DNA of 64,000 bases from Nanobdellota archaeon (GTDB taxonomy: Archaea > Nanobdellota > Nanobdellia > Pacearchaeales > GW2011-AR1): contig JBBSWO010000003.1 of the NCBI GenBank assembly GCA_038046245.1, forward strand, positions 118,959 to 182,958. The letters run 5' to 3'. The notes beneath the pieces are model-generated. The model saw nothing but the letters and a program-made list of their open reading frames with translations, did not search any database and was not told the origin of the DNA. A program made the position numbers and the translations under genes. Shown here piece by piece: positions 1 through 9,617 of this stretch. Within the stretch, counting starts at the first letter, position 1, and each line of letters starts with the position of its first letter.

Positions 1-525
1 AATGTCCTGCCTTTTATTCCAGAGAGCAAGCCCTTGCACGTCAGTCATGACAAAATCAGAAACCATGCTGACTCTTACATTCCAAGGATCGTTTTGGGCC
101 ATGCTGAAGACGGTGTTATTAAGGACCACATTCACATTTATCTTTGCAGCTTTTTGATTGATAGAACTCGTGATGTTGTTATACGTTGCCCCTATCATGA
201 CTCCAGTGAATACATTGTCCACAGTCCCATTAAAAAAAGCTTCCTGGTTAAAATCATTAAAATTGTTTATGTATGCTACTTTGGTGGCCGTTTGTTGATT
301 TGCCAAAAATAAAATTCTGTATCCTGAGATGTATAATTGTCTCTGCATGTTCTTTTCAAGGGATTTTAAAAAATCATCCATCGAGTGGACTCTTTCCTTG
401 ACAGCTGCTCTTTCATGAAGAATGGAGAATATCTCAAAACTTGCAAACACTAGAGCAATAAGTAAGATTGCTGTGATTGTGAACATTTGTGCCTTACGCT
501 GACCAATAATTTTTTGTTTTAACAT
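1..525 (-). CDS. Pilin-like protein with class III signal peptide (runs off the left edge; missing from ORF track)
   Basis: Manual translation from ATG at 525: MLKQKIIGQRKAQMFTITAILLIALVFASFEIFS..., i.e. RKAQ followed by a hydrophobic helix; same operon as upstream pilin-like genes. Confidence 0.8.
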   Translation of the reverse strand, partial: MLKQKIIGQRKAQMFTITAILLIALVFASFEIFSILHERAAVKERVHSMDDFLKSLEKNMQRQLYISGYRILFLANQQTATKVAYINNFNDFNQEAFFNGTVDNVFTGVMIGATYNNITSSINQKAAKINVNVVLNNTVFSMAQNDPWNVRVSMVSDFVMTDVQGLALWNKRQDI

Positions 526-529
526 TTTT

Positions 530-3500
530 TTAATACCATACTCTGGATTGTACTTCAGTCTCCCAAACAAAAGGAATTCCGGAAATTGTGTTTGAATCCA
601 CTGATAAATCCTGCTCAGTTATTTTTGCTTCTATTTTTCCATTCAAATTAAGGTCAAGTTGCACAAGCAAAAGATAAACTGCATAGTTGACAGCATCATT
701 CGGATTGAACACTGCATGATTGCCCGAAATTGATGAATTATAATAGCACCTGTTTGAGCCAGAATAATTGGATGGAACATTTATTACAGAAACAGTTGAG
801 TCTTCAAATTCCAACTGCCACAAGCATCCTTGTGCTGAAGAAAGAATCGGCGAGTACGATGAGACATTTTTAACAAGAGTGTAAATAACTTTATCATAGA
901 TTGAACCATCGCCGGTGCTAAAGGCTTGGGAGCCAATTCCTAGCCGTACTCTGACGGTGTTGTTCCCATAGACAAGATTGCTTGGAGGGATGTCAATGGC
1001 ATAAGGATCACCTAAACTAATAAAACTGGAATTATAATCTGAAAGATCGAACACTTTATCATATGCCCCACTTGTGCTGTTATAAATATCCACCATGCTT
1101 GTCCATTTTGACCCAGAATAAGAAACAACTCTTGCGCTGTATATTTGCGTATCATTAGGAATGTAAAGGGTTCCATTTGAGATATTGTTTCCAAATATTG
1201 GAGTTTCTGAAGTGATTAAAAGTCCTGAGGGGGTTGCATAATTATAATTGGCAATGATATAAGACCCCGGATAAAGTTCTGTTGAGATATTTCCAACGCC
1301 GATAACGGTCTGTTCGCTGTAAGCTGCCTGGATTATCTGCTGGGAAATATTTGTATAGATGCTTATTATATTGCTTACGTCTCCAACATAAGCATTACCC
1401 ATGCCACAACTTGCTAGGGCGTTTGTTGTATTTGTGTCTGCTTGGCTTCCAAACGCAACAGAATAAGTTCTTATGCTATAATTATTAAATGCATCACACG
1501 CTGCCTGGATTGCGTCATCACCGTCATCATTATTGACTCCGTTACCATTAAGATCAGACGTTACGTCTTGTAGTGGACAATTTCTATTCGCCACTCCATC
1601 AGTCATCACAATCATTGTCCTGAATCTATTATCGCTTTCCTGCATACATGCATCAAAGCCACTGCATTGATTATTACAAAACTGTATTCCCATTTTTCCA
1701 GAAATGCTGCATCCCCTACTCAAATTCACCTCGCAAACCTCTCCAACTTCAGTAACGTTGTTTCCGCAAACAGCCGGATTAACAACCAATCCTTGTATTG
1801 ATGTTTGATTCAAAGCATAATTGTACATTCTTATCTCATCCATGCCCCCATTAAGATATTTGTCTCTAGGATTGTTCATATCCTCATTCGGAACCCTTGA
1901 CCTTCCAAAATAATTATCCCCACTAGTATAACCTATTCCTGCACTCGTTGCTGTACTTCCATTTAATATCCCATTAACATAAATCTTCAATCCAGTCCCG
2001 TCCCAAGTTAATGCAATATGGTACCAAGTGTTGTTCTGCCAAGAAGTTGTAGTTGTACTGACATAAACTGTATTGTGGGTTCCACTTTGCCAAGGCCCCT
2101 CTATTTTTGCTTGGATGGACCCTCTAGCTCCAGGCGTAGGAGGATTTAACATGTCTGTTCCTTTTAAGGCAATAAATGCATTATTACTGCTATCAACATA
2201 CTTTGACCACAAGCCTTGGGTTGTCACAACAGTGTTATTGAATGGCCTGTTTAATTTAAACCAAAATGAAACTGTCCCACCTTCTGTAACTTCTGGCACA
2301 GCAAATGCATTCAGGTATTGATTAACCCCGTTAAAGCTTAATGCGCTTCCATTAATTCCTGAAACATATGTTGGGCTATTGATAAGATTTGCAGTATGTG
2401 TATATCCTGACTTATCCAAACTGTCTCCATTCAAAGTATAGTAAGCTATCAACCTGTTTCCTAAAAATTCTGCAACGGCTTTATTGATTCCACAGCATAT
2501 GCATGTATGTCCTGCAGCGTTCCAAGTGTTATTTACTAAACTTTGTAATGAGTTTGTATTATTTGAGACATTGTGAAAGTCAGTTATTCTTGCAGCGTCT
2601 TCAAATCCAACTAGCCCAATCTTATTTCCGCTGGCGTTTAATATTCCATTTATTAGAGCTATGTTTCCCTCTTTTGCTCTACAAATAGCGCAAATAGAAC
2701 ATGTTCCAGTGCACGTAGCCTGATTACAACCAGAACATCCACTTGTCATACTCCCACTCAGGTCACTTACAGATATTGCATCAACATTCGTCGTTTGATT
2801 ATTTGTATAAGAAACATTATCCAATCCTATTCTGAATGGGATTGTTTTTTTGCTTAAGTTAGTATAGTCTAACAATGTAGACAAAACCGAGTTGTCTATA
2901 AAGACAGTTGTCGGGCTGCCGCTGCTATTGCCCCTGTAAATTTCTTTATTTCCAATTGTCATAAAAACATCGTAGCTGCTGTTATATTTCAGATAAACAT
3001 TCAGAGCTGAAAGTGTTCCTGGAATGTAAAAACTGCTGTAAATGTTTATTAGTCCTTTAACTCCAGGAATATAATTAATGCTTCCAGGCAAGGAAAAAGA
3101 TTTGTCATAAACTGTTTTTATATATCCTCCAGCGATATACAAATTAGAGCCATTGCTGGATCTAAATGTTATATTATTGTAAAATATCGTAGGGTCATTA
3201 AGATAACTGATAAAAGGAGTTAAGTCTATCTTGAAAGGCACGTTTGACGTTGGAGTGTAATATGAGATGAAATTGTTGTTTATGGACACGCTAAAGTTTC
3301 CTGAAAAAACCCCTTCCACATTAGCCCCTATAATTGCCTGAGACGAATCTCGATATATTGTTGAAGTCAAATTTCCGTCTCCGATATACCCCCCAAAATA
3401 AAAATAATCAACAAAATTTCTTGAGGAGAGGTAAGCTTTTGATGAATACCCTGTAGCTGCTCCGCTTGCATTGTTTATACCGCTGATCACCTGCCTCGAC

Positions 3501-3940
3501 GTAAAGATTCTTGTAGCGTTTGAATATGGGATTGAGCCTCTGCTCGCAATTAGCTGGTTATCTAGGTATAATGCGACATTTTCCCGAATAGAAAGATTGT
3601 CTAGGATATTTTGGGCTAGCAAGTCTGCAAGCGGGTTTGACTCGGCATAAAACTCCCCTATCTGATCCAAGACAGATTGATTGAGATTGGTTATATTCCC
3701 GCTGGCTATTAATTGTTTTACATATGCATTGTTTATGCTCCCTACCCTTAAATCAGACAATGTGTTGATTAAATCAGCGTCTATACTCGACTCAAAATGA
3801 GTGTTTTTTTGTACCGGCTTTATGAAAAGCACAACTCCCAAAATTAGGAGCAAAGCTATAAATGCATCGACACTGAAAAAGTAGCCTTTACGATTTTTTA
3901 TTAAAAATCTCCTTTCTCCAATCACTCTTTTTTCTTTCAT
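530..3940 (-). CDS. Large pilus-associated adhesin: class III signal peptide, vWA domain interrupted by a LamG domain, Cys-rich repeat
   Basis: RKGYFFSVDAFIALL leader; vWA MIDAS DLSGS, IGLVGF and MIVMTDG; LamG motifs IAYYTLNG, TVSFWFK, WYHIALTWDG, GGMDEIRMYNYAL; start set at MKEKRV. Confidence 0.8.
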   Translation of the reverse strand: MKEKRVIGERRFLIKNRKGYFFSVDAFIALLLILGVVLFIKPVQKNTHFESSIDADLINTLSDLRVGSINNAYVKQLIASGNITNLNQSVLDQIGEFYAESNPLADLLAQNILDNLSIRENVALYLDNQLIASRGSIPYSNATRIFTSRQVISGINNASGAATGYSSKAYLSSRNFVDYFYFGGYIGDGNLTSTIYRDSSQAIIGANVEGVFSGNFSVSINNNFISYYTPTSNVPFKIDLTPFISYLNDPTIFYNNITFRSSNGSNLYIAGGYIKTVYDKSFSLPGSINYIPGVKGLINIYSSFYIPGTLSALNVYLKYNSSYDVFMTIGNKEIYRGNSSGSPTTVFIDNSVLSTLLDYTNLSKKTIPFRIGLDNVSYTNNQTTNVDAISVSDLSGSMTSGCSGCNQATCTGTCSICAICRAKEGNIALINGILNASGNKIGLVGFEDAARITDFHNVSNNTNSLQSLVNNTWNAAGHTCICCGINKAVAEFLGNRLIAYYTLNGDSLDKSGYTHTANLINSPTYVSGINGSALSFNGVNQYLNAFAVPEVTEGGTVSFWFKLNRPFNNTVVTTQGLWSKYVDSSNNAFIALKGTDMLNPPTPGARGSIQAKIEGPWQSGTHNTVYVSTTTTSWQNNTWYHIALTWDGTGLKIYVNGILNGSTATSAGIGYTSGDNYFGRSRVPNEDMNNPRDKYLNGGMDEIRMYNYALNQTSIQGLVVNPAVCGNNVTEVGEVCEVNLSRGCSISGKMGIQFCNNQCSGFDACMQESDNRFRTMIVMTDGVANRNCPLQDVTSDLNGNGVNNDDGDDAIQAACDAFNNYSIRTYSVAFGSQADTNTTNALASCGMGNAYVGDVSNIISIYTNISQQIIQAAYSEQTVIGVGNISTELYPGSYIIANYNYATPSGLLITSETPIFGNNISNGTLYIPNDTQIYSARVVSYSGSKWTSMVDIYNSTSGAYDKVFDLSDYNSSFISLGDPYAIDIPPSNLVYGNNTVRVRLGIGSQAFSTGDGSIYDKVIYTLVKNVSSYSPILSSAQGCLWQLEFEDSTVSVINVPSNYSGSNRCYYNSSISGNHAVFNPNDAVNYAVYLLLVQLDLNLNGKIEAKITEQDLSVDSNTISGIPFVWETEVQSRVWY

Positions 3941-3942
3941 TA

Positions 3943-4410
3943 TCAATCCCATGCATACAAATCAAATTTAATTGGCTGATTTTTATAAATTGTAATTCTG
4001 GTTATTTTGATGGAGTTGCTTGTTGTAGCACTTTTTTTCCCGATATAAGGAACAGCAGTACCGTTGACTTCGGTCATATTATCTAACTCGAAATAGAAAT
4101 CTTTTGTTATACCCAAAACGCTTTTTTTAAGATCATAATTGTAATAATAGTCATCAAGCTTTGATTGGTTTATTTGGCTAGCATTGTCTAATATCCCAAA
4201 ATTTTCCTCGCTTAAGATTAATTGTGAAGCCAAATTTCCCTCGTAAAACAGATAATCTAGATTCTCTTGAGACTGGTTAGTGTAGTTTATTGCATAAATA
4301 TAAAGTATTATGATTCCCGTAGTGATTATCACACCAGCTATGATTATGTCCAGGCTCCACACTTGTCCAAATTTATTTTTTTTGTTAGGAATTAAGATAA
4401 ACTGTTCCAT
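3943..4410 (-). CDS. Pilin-like protein (class III signal peptide)
   Basis: KKNKFGQVWSLDIIIAGVII leader plus hydrophobic helix; overlaps upstream gene. Confidence 0.75.
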   Translation of the reverse strand: MEQFILIPNKKNKFGQVWSLDIIIAGVIITTGIIILYIYAINYTNQSQENLDYLFYEGNLASQLILSEENFGILDNASQINQSKLDDYYYNYDLKKSVLGITKDFYFELDNMTEVNGTAVPYIGKKSATTSNSIKITRITIYKNQPIKFDLYAWD

Positions 4411-4774
4411 TTTCTTTTTTTATCAGATTATTTCCTTTTTGTATTTGCCCAACAACTTGAACAACGTTATAATCAACAACATAATCTCCCATGGTGAGAA
4501 ATACATATCCTTGAGAAACATTTATTGTATAATCCAATCCAATTATATTGTCCGGTGTAGTAAAATTTCTTTCATAGCCGTCAGAGGATTCTGCCGCAAG
4601 GTTTATCTCATCCTGAATGTCCAATGCGACATTCTGCGCAATGAGCCTTTCTTTTTCTTTATTTTTCTGAGACTGACTTTCCTGTATTGTGGCGATTATG
4701 ACGACAAAAAATAAAAGCGCCGCTCCAAATAAGACTATAAATTCTATGACTCCCTGCGCTTTTTTTACTAGCAT
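4385..4774 (-). CDS. Pilin-like protein (class III signal peptide)
   Basis: KKAQGVIEFIVLFG with Glu at +5; SD-like GAGG upstream. Confidence 0.85.
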   Translation of the reverse strand: MLVKKAQGVIEFIVLFGAALLFFVVIIATIQESQSQKNKEKERLIAQNVALDIQDEINLAAESSDGYERNFTTPDNIIGLDYTINVSQGYVFLTMGDYVVDYNVVQVVGQIQKGNNLIKKENGTVYLNS

Positions 4775-4902
4775 GTTCCTCTTTTTTATATTGATTGAAA
4801 ACGTGATAAACCTTTTTTAGTTGTGTAAAAAATAAATTTTCGACAATATTTTTGTTCTATTCTAATAGAAAAACAGATATATAAAATTATCTTTATAATT
4901 TA

Positions 4903-4978
4903 CGTAGAAGTAGATCATCCTAAGATGATCCATCGGTTGCTTAAGCCCCCGAACGAAGCCGGAGCCTCGCCTTCTACG
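4903..4978 (-). ncRNA. Putative structured RNA or cis-element (four-way junction), family unknown
   Basis: Closing stem CGTAGAAG/CTTCTACG with three hairpins; GC-rich patch in AT-rich intergenic DNA; G-U and G-A pairs favour the minus strand; TATA box 20 nt upstream. Confidence 0.55.
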
Positions 4979-4998
4979 AAAATAGTAAACACAATCCA

Positions 4999-5006
4999 TA
5001 TTTAAA
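4999..5006 (-). promoter_or_regulatory. TATA box upstream of the structured element
   Basis: TTTAAATA on the minus strand preceded by A-rich BRE-like bases, with spacing similar to the tRNA promoters in this window. Confidence 0.5.
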
Positions 5007-5062
5007 ATTTTGTGTAGTGATAAAATCATTATCTTTATATATATCCCTTAGTTAAATTCTGC

Positions 5063-5698
5063 ATGGAGAGCAAAAGAGGAAATTTAAAATCATTTCTTAT
5101 TATTTCCATTGCTGTTTTGATAGTTGGAATAGCAATTTCTCTAATATACATTTTAAAGGATCCACAAAACCCCATAACAAAAGCGGTGAACAAACTTGTG
5201 GTGTTAGCTACAGGTAATTCTGGAGACGGAGACACAACTGTAATCAATGGAGAGGAGATTCCAGAAAGCAGTGTATCAGGTTCAGGTGGTGCTGGAGGCG
5301 GGAGTGGAGGAAGTGGAGGCTCATCATCCTCGAGCAAAAGCTGTGACACAAGACCTGCTTATCATTCAATAATAAACATAAAGCGTGAATACAATTGTAA
5401 CGCTTATGATGGCACGATATGCATAGACAAAACAATAACCTGCTCTGCAGAAATACGTAACGATGATATGTCATTATCTGGGAAATTTGTCATAGAATTA
5501 TCTTTTGTCGAGGATGGAAAAAGTATAGGTGATTCAATAAAGAGAACTGATTTTACTTTTGACTTGGCCCCACAGAGCTATGCTTCCATGCAGGATTACA
5601 CCAGAGTCCAAAGCACAGGAATTGATGGTGTCGCGAACAAAGATATAAATTGTTTTTATAATGTCCTGACTGCTCCCTCAGAACAGATTTGTAATTAA
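5063..5698 (+). CDS. Membrane-anchored exported protein with Gly/Ser linker and Cys-containing beta domain
   Basis: SKRG leader plus TM helix, GSGGAGGGSGGSGG linker, six Cys. Confidence 0.7.
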   Translation: MESKRGNLKSFLIISIAVLIVGIAISLIYILKDPQNPITKAVNKLVVLATGNSGDGDTTVINGEEIPESSVSGSGGAGGGSGGSGGSSSSSKSCDTRPAYHSIINIKREYNCNAYDGTICIDKTITCSAEIRNDDMSLSGKFVIELSFVEDGKSIGDSIKRTDFTFDLAPQSYASMQDYTRVQSTGIDGVANKDINCFYNVLTAPSEQICN

Positions 5699-5700
5699 GC

Positions 5701-6111
5701 TTAATTTACCTGAACGTACGTCGCTGTCGCCTGGAGCACAACTTCTTTGGTTCCCTCTGAACTGCTTATGAATCCATTTAGAGGAACCTTGCTTTCAAAA
5801 CTTCTTATGTTAAGCGTTCCGCCACCAGATAGGCTGGATATTGTAACTTCATACTGTGTTATGTTAACATTTATTATATTGTCTGGAAGATAAAGTTGGA
5901 TTGTTGTTTTACTTGGCTCTCCGGAAAAAAAAACGGTCTCTGCAGAATCAATAAGTTGAACCGCAAAAGTTTCGATATTGTTTGCCCTAATCCTGTCTTT
6001 TATTTGACTGGAATAAAACAAGGACAACGCTAAAATTGCAGTTATTGCTATTGTAACAAATCCCACAATAATCATGTACTCTGTCCCAACCTGGCCTCTT
6101 TTTTCTTTCAT
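5701..6111 (-). CDS. Pilin-like protein (class III signal peptide)
   Basis: MKEKRGQVGTEYMIIVGF, a classic archaeal class III signal; start moved from TTG 6147 to ATG 6111. Confidence 0.85.
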   Translation of the reverse strand: MKEKRGQVGTEYMIIVGFVTIAITAILALSLFYSSQIKDRIRANNIETFAVQLIDSAETVFFSGEPSKTTIQLYLPDNIINVNITQYEVTISSLSGGGTLNIRSFESKVPLNGFISSSEGTKEVVLQATATYVQVN

Positions 6112-6176
6112 ATATTCGTAAGATTTATATAACTCTTCTCCTTTCAAAATGAAATAACTATATAAACATTTTTGAT

Positions 6177-6749
6177 ATGGAAAAAAAGAAGGTGGCTCCT
6201 ATAATAATGGGAGCTTTCATAACGCTGTTTTTTGGGATAAATATTTTTCTTTACTTTAATAGGAAATCTGGCAGAGCCCCAATTTCTGGGGCAGCAATCG
6301 GCGGAGATCTTCCATTAGGAATCAACATGACGCTACTTGCTTTCATTCTCCAATGGGTCATCCTGTTAGTCGTGGTCATTTTCGCTTACACAAAATTTCT
6401 GAAACATAGAAAAGATGAAGAGGAAAAAATAAAAAATTTTGTTATTCCCCCTCCAAAGTCAAACGCTGAGACAAACTTCGACGTTTTCTATAAATTGCTT
6501 AAAGATAAAAAAAGTCTGAACACTTCAACAATTGCAAAAGCTTTTTCAATTTCCAAAGAACAGGCCCTAGAGTGGGGAAAAATATTAGAAGAGCACAATC
6601 TTGTAAGCATAGAATATCCTGCATTTTCAGATCCTGAAATCATTGTTGAAGAAGAAAAAATTTCAGAAGAGCTAGCTCAGGAAGAAAGTGCTGAAGCCGA
6701 AAACAAAAGCGAAGATGCAAAAACAAAAAAAGAGGTTAAAAAGAAATGA
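6177..6749 (+). CDS. Two-TM membrane protein with C-terminal winged-HTH-like domain
   Basis: Two hydrophobic helices, then LNTSTIAKAFSISKEQALEWGKILEEHNLVSIEYP; ATGA overlap with the ATPase gene. Confidence 0.65.
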   Translation: MEKKKVAPIIMGAFITLFFGINIFLYFNRKSGRAPISGAAIGGDLPLGINMTLLAFILQWVILLVVVIFAYTKFLKHRKDEEEKIKNFVIPPPKSNAETNFDVFYKLLKDKKSLNTSTIAKAFSISKEQALEWGKILEEHNLVSIEYPAFSDPEIIVEEEKISEELAQEESAEAENKSEDAKTKKEVKKK

Positions 6750-8704
6750 TGATCAAAACTCACAAAAGTGAAGAAATTGTCGAATGGATAAAGGAAGCCA
6801 TACGTCGAGGTTATTCTCCCCAAGAAATAAGAAGGGTTTTGATGAAGAGCAAATATCCGTACGCTAAGATCCCAAAAATAATTTCCATTTATGAAAAAAT
6901 TAAGAAAGGAATCATACCAAAAATAAAAATAATCCATCCAGGGAAACCTCTCCCAAGGCTTACTCCGATTTATACCCAAAAGAAGCCCGAAGAGAGAATA
7001 CAACCGCTACCTGTTGTGAAAAATGTTATGTATGATTTAAAATCTTCAGTCAGCGCCACTCCCGCAGCAAGTATAACCCCTCAAAAAACTCTGCAGCCAT
7101 TAATCCAAACTTCAGCTCCAAAACCTCAAGAAATTGTCGCAGTAATCCAGAAAACAGAAGCAAAGGGACCAGTCAGTGATGTTAAGATAACGGTGCAAAA
7201 AACAACAGGGAAAGAACTGGAAGTTTATGAGATTGAAATCGATCGTGCTAAAGTCAGTATAAGGATAGAAAAAAATGATTTCGGACTGATGTACAACTTA
7301 TACATCCCTCAAATCGACGTTGCTACTCATGCTTTGCTTGAAGAACTAAGAAAAGACTTGGTCGCAGTCACAACTATCGCTGTTGGAGAGATAATAGACC
7401 AAAAATCAGTCCAGAAAATTAAGTTAAGATTTATGAGAGATGCAAGCAGATTGTTAAATTCTAAACTTCCAGGAATTCCAAAAGCAACAGAAGACTTTCT
7501 TATAGGCATATTGATGCAGGAGATGCTAGGCCTAGGAAAAATAGAATTTTTGATGAACGACCCAAATCTTGAAGAAATTGTAATCCTGAATAGTAAAGAA
7601 ATAAGAGTATATCATAAAAAACATGGTTGGCTCTTGACAAATATAGCTCTAAACTCTGAAGAGGATGTAATAAACTACGCAAATATTATCTCGAGAAGAG
7701 TTGGGAGACAGATCAGCGTATTAAACCCTCTTTTAGACGCTCACGTCGTTACTGGAGACAGAGCAAACGCAGTTCTTTATCCTATTGCAACAAGAGGTAA
7801 CACCATAACAATAAGAAAGTTCTCAAGAGATCCATGGACAATCATAGACTTGATAAACAACAATACAATAAGCAAAGAGATTGCTGCGCTTTTATGGCTC
7901 GGGATAGAATATGAAATGAATATATTATTCTCTGGAGGTACAGCTTCTGGAAAAACTGTTTGTTTAAATGCATGCATGCCTTTCATCCCACCAAATCACA
8001 GAGTCATAAGCATAGAAGATACGAGAGAATTGATGCTTCCAAGATTCCTTTACTGGTGCCCTTTAGTTACGAGAACTCCAAACGTTGAGAACAAAGGAGA
8101 AGTTTCAATGCTTGACCTTTTGGTTAATTCTTTGAGAATGAGGCCAGACAGAATTGTCCTTGGTGAAATAAGAAGACAGAAAGAAGCAGAAGTTCTTTTT
8201 GAGGCAATGCATACTGGTCACTCTGTTTATTCAACAGTTCACGCAGATACATCAAATGATACGATAAGAAGATTGATTAATCCTCCAATAAGCATCCCTC
8301 CTTTACTGCTAACAAGTGTTCATCTTAATGTTGTAATGTTCAGAGATAGAAGAAGAGGAATAAGAAGGGTCTCTCAGCTCGGAGAATTCATTATAGGAAA
8401 AGAAAATGTCACATCAAATCTGCTTTATAGGTGGGTGCCAGACAAAGACGTCTTTGTAGCCCACAACAAAAGTATGGCATTCTTCGATCAATTGAGCAGA
8501 AACACTGGGATGGATGAAAAAGAAATTGAACAGAACTTGAAATACAAAAGAGGAATATTTGACTGGCTCATAAAGAACAAGATAAGAGATTTGGAGTCAT
8601 TCGGAAAGTTAATGAATTATTACTATTCCGACAGGGAAAAGCTGGACAACATAATAAAATATAACAAAGTTGAGGAGATATTAGACAAGAAGGCAGTGGT
8701 TTAA
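6746..8704 (+). CDS. Type IV pilus/secretion ATPase (VirB11/CpaF/FlaI family)
   Basis: Walker A GGTASGKT, Asp box SIEDTREL, LRMRPDRIVLGEIR, His box HTGHSVYSTVH. Confidence 0.95.
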   Translation: MMIKTHKSEEIVEWIKEAIRRGYSPQEIRRVLMKSKYPYAKIPKIISIYEKIKKGIIPKIKIIHPGKPLPRLTPIYTQKKPEERIQPLPVVKNVMYDLKSSVSATPAASITPQKTLQPLIQTSAPKPQEIVAVIQKTEAKGPVSDVKITVQKTTGKELEVYEIEIDRAKVSIRIEKNDFGLMYNLYIPQIDVATHALLEELRKDLVAVTTIAVGEIIDQKSVQKIKLRFMRDASRLLNSKLPGIPKATEDFLIGILMQEMLGLGKIEFLMNDPNLEEIVILNSKEIRVYHKKHGWLLTNIALNSEEDVINYANIISRRVGRQISVLNPLLDAHVVTGDRANAVLYPIATRGNTITIRKFSRDPWTIIDLINNNTISKEIAALLWLGIEYEMNILFSGGTASGKTVCLNACMPFIPPNHRVISIEDTRELMLPRFLYWCPLVTRTPNVENKGEVSMLDLLVNSLRMRPDRIVLGEIRRQKEAEVLFEAMHTGHSVYSTVHADTSNDTIRRLINPPISIPPLLLTSVHLNVVMFRDRRRGIRRVSQLGEFIIGKENVTSNLLYRWVPDKDVFVAHNKSMAFFDQLSRNTGMDEKEIEQNLKYKRGIFDWLIKNKIRDLESFGKLMNYYYSDREKLDNIIKYNKVEEILDKKAVV

Positions 8705-8705
8705 A

Positions 8706-9617
8706 ATGAAGTTTAAAATTCCATTCACTGTTTCTGATATAGAAATTCTGAAGAGAAGAAGTAAAAGATTCTTGAAATACACTCGGCCGAAGAGATCAAA
8801 ACTTGACGATTATCTTGCAGGTTCGGGAATTGACGTCGACAGGAGACAGTATCTCGCAATATGCTACCGAGCTTTCCTTCTGGATTTATTAACTTTTTCC
8901 GTCGTAATAACCTCCATTCTTGGAGTCATGCCTTATCTTTCTCCAGCCGGCGCCGCTTTGATTGCTGACAGCTCTTTTTTTGTCTATGGTCTTTTGACGG
9001 CGATCCTTATCTCGGGGCTTATATTCATGAATCAAATAAATTATCCAAAAATCTTTGCATTAAATAAAGAAAGAGACATTGAAAGAAATCTTATCCCAGT
9101 CATGCAGGACATGATGGTTCAGTTGAATTCTGGAGTCTTGATGTTCAACATAATAATGAATATTGCAGAATCTGGATATGGTGAGGCAAGTGAAGAGTTC
9201 AAAAAAATTGCAAGGGAAATTAATTCAGGTATTCCTCAGATAGAGGCCATAGAAAAATATGCAAAGCTTAACACGTCAAAATATTTCAGAAGAGTTCTGT
9301 GGCAGATCAGCAATGGAATGAGATCTGGAACAGATTTGACTTCAGTAATCCAGGAAGGTATTGACAATCTCATAGAAGAGCAGACAATCCAGATTCAAAG
9401 CTACGGCGGAAAATTAAATCCTTTGATAATGTTTTACATGTTGATAGCGGTAATAATGCCTGCACTTGGGATAACCTTCGTAATAATAATCTCATCGATA
9501 TTAAACTTCTCAAAGACGATAACTTATGTGATATTCTTTTTCATTTTTGGATTTGTAATGTTTATCCAGATAATGTTCCACGGACTGATTAAATCAAGGA
9601 GGCCAAGCCTACTATGA
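8706..9617 (+). CDS. TadC/T2SS-F family pilus platform protein
   Basis: T2SSF-like core (EASEEFKKIAREINSG) with TM helices, directly after the ATPase. Confidence 0.9.
   Translation: MKFKIPFTVSDIEILKRRSKRFLKYTRPKRSKLDDYLAGSGIDVDRRQYLAICYRAFLLDLLTFSVVITSILGVMPYLSPAGAALIADSSFFVYGLLTAILISGLIFMNQINYPKIFALNKERDIERNLIPVMQDMMVQLNSGVLMFNIIMNIAESGYGEASEEFKKIAREINSGIPQIEAIEKYAKLNTSKYFRRVLWQISNGMRSGTDLTSVIQEGIDNLIEEQTIQIQSYGGKLNPLIMFYMLIAVIMPALGITFVIIISSILNFSKTITYVIFFFIFGFVMFIQIMFHGLIKSRRPSLL

Noticed and set aside
34..312. Plus-strand 92-aa ORF
   Set aside because: Antisense shadow of the pilin-like gene at 1-525
4903..4978. Identification of the structured element as a tRNA, THF riboswitch or SRP RNA
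   Set aside because: No T-loop or D-arm. Short plus-strand words (AGTAGAT, AACGAAGC) recall THF aptamers but the stem topology differs. No SRP helix-8 motif
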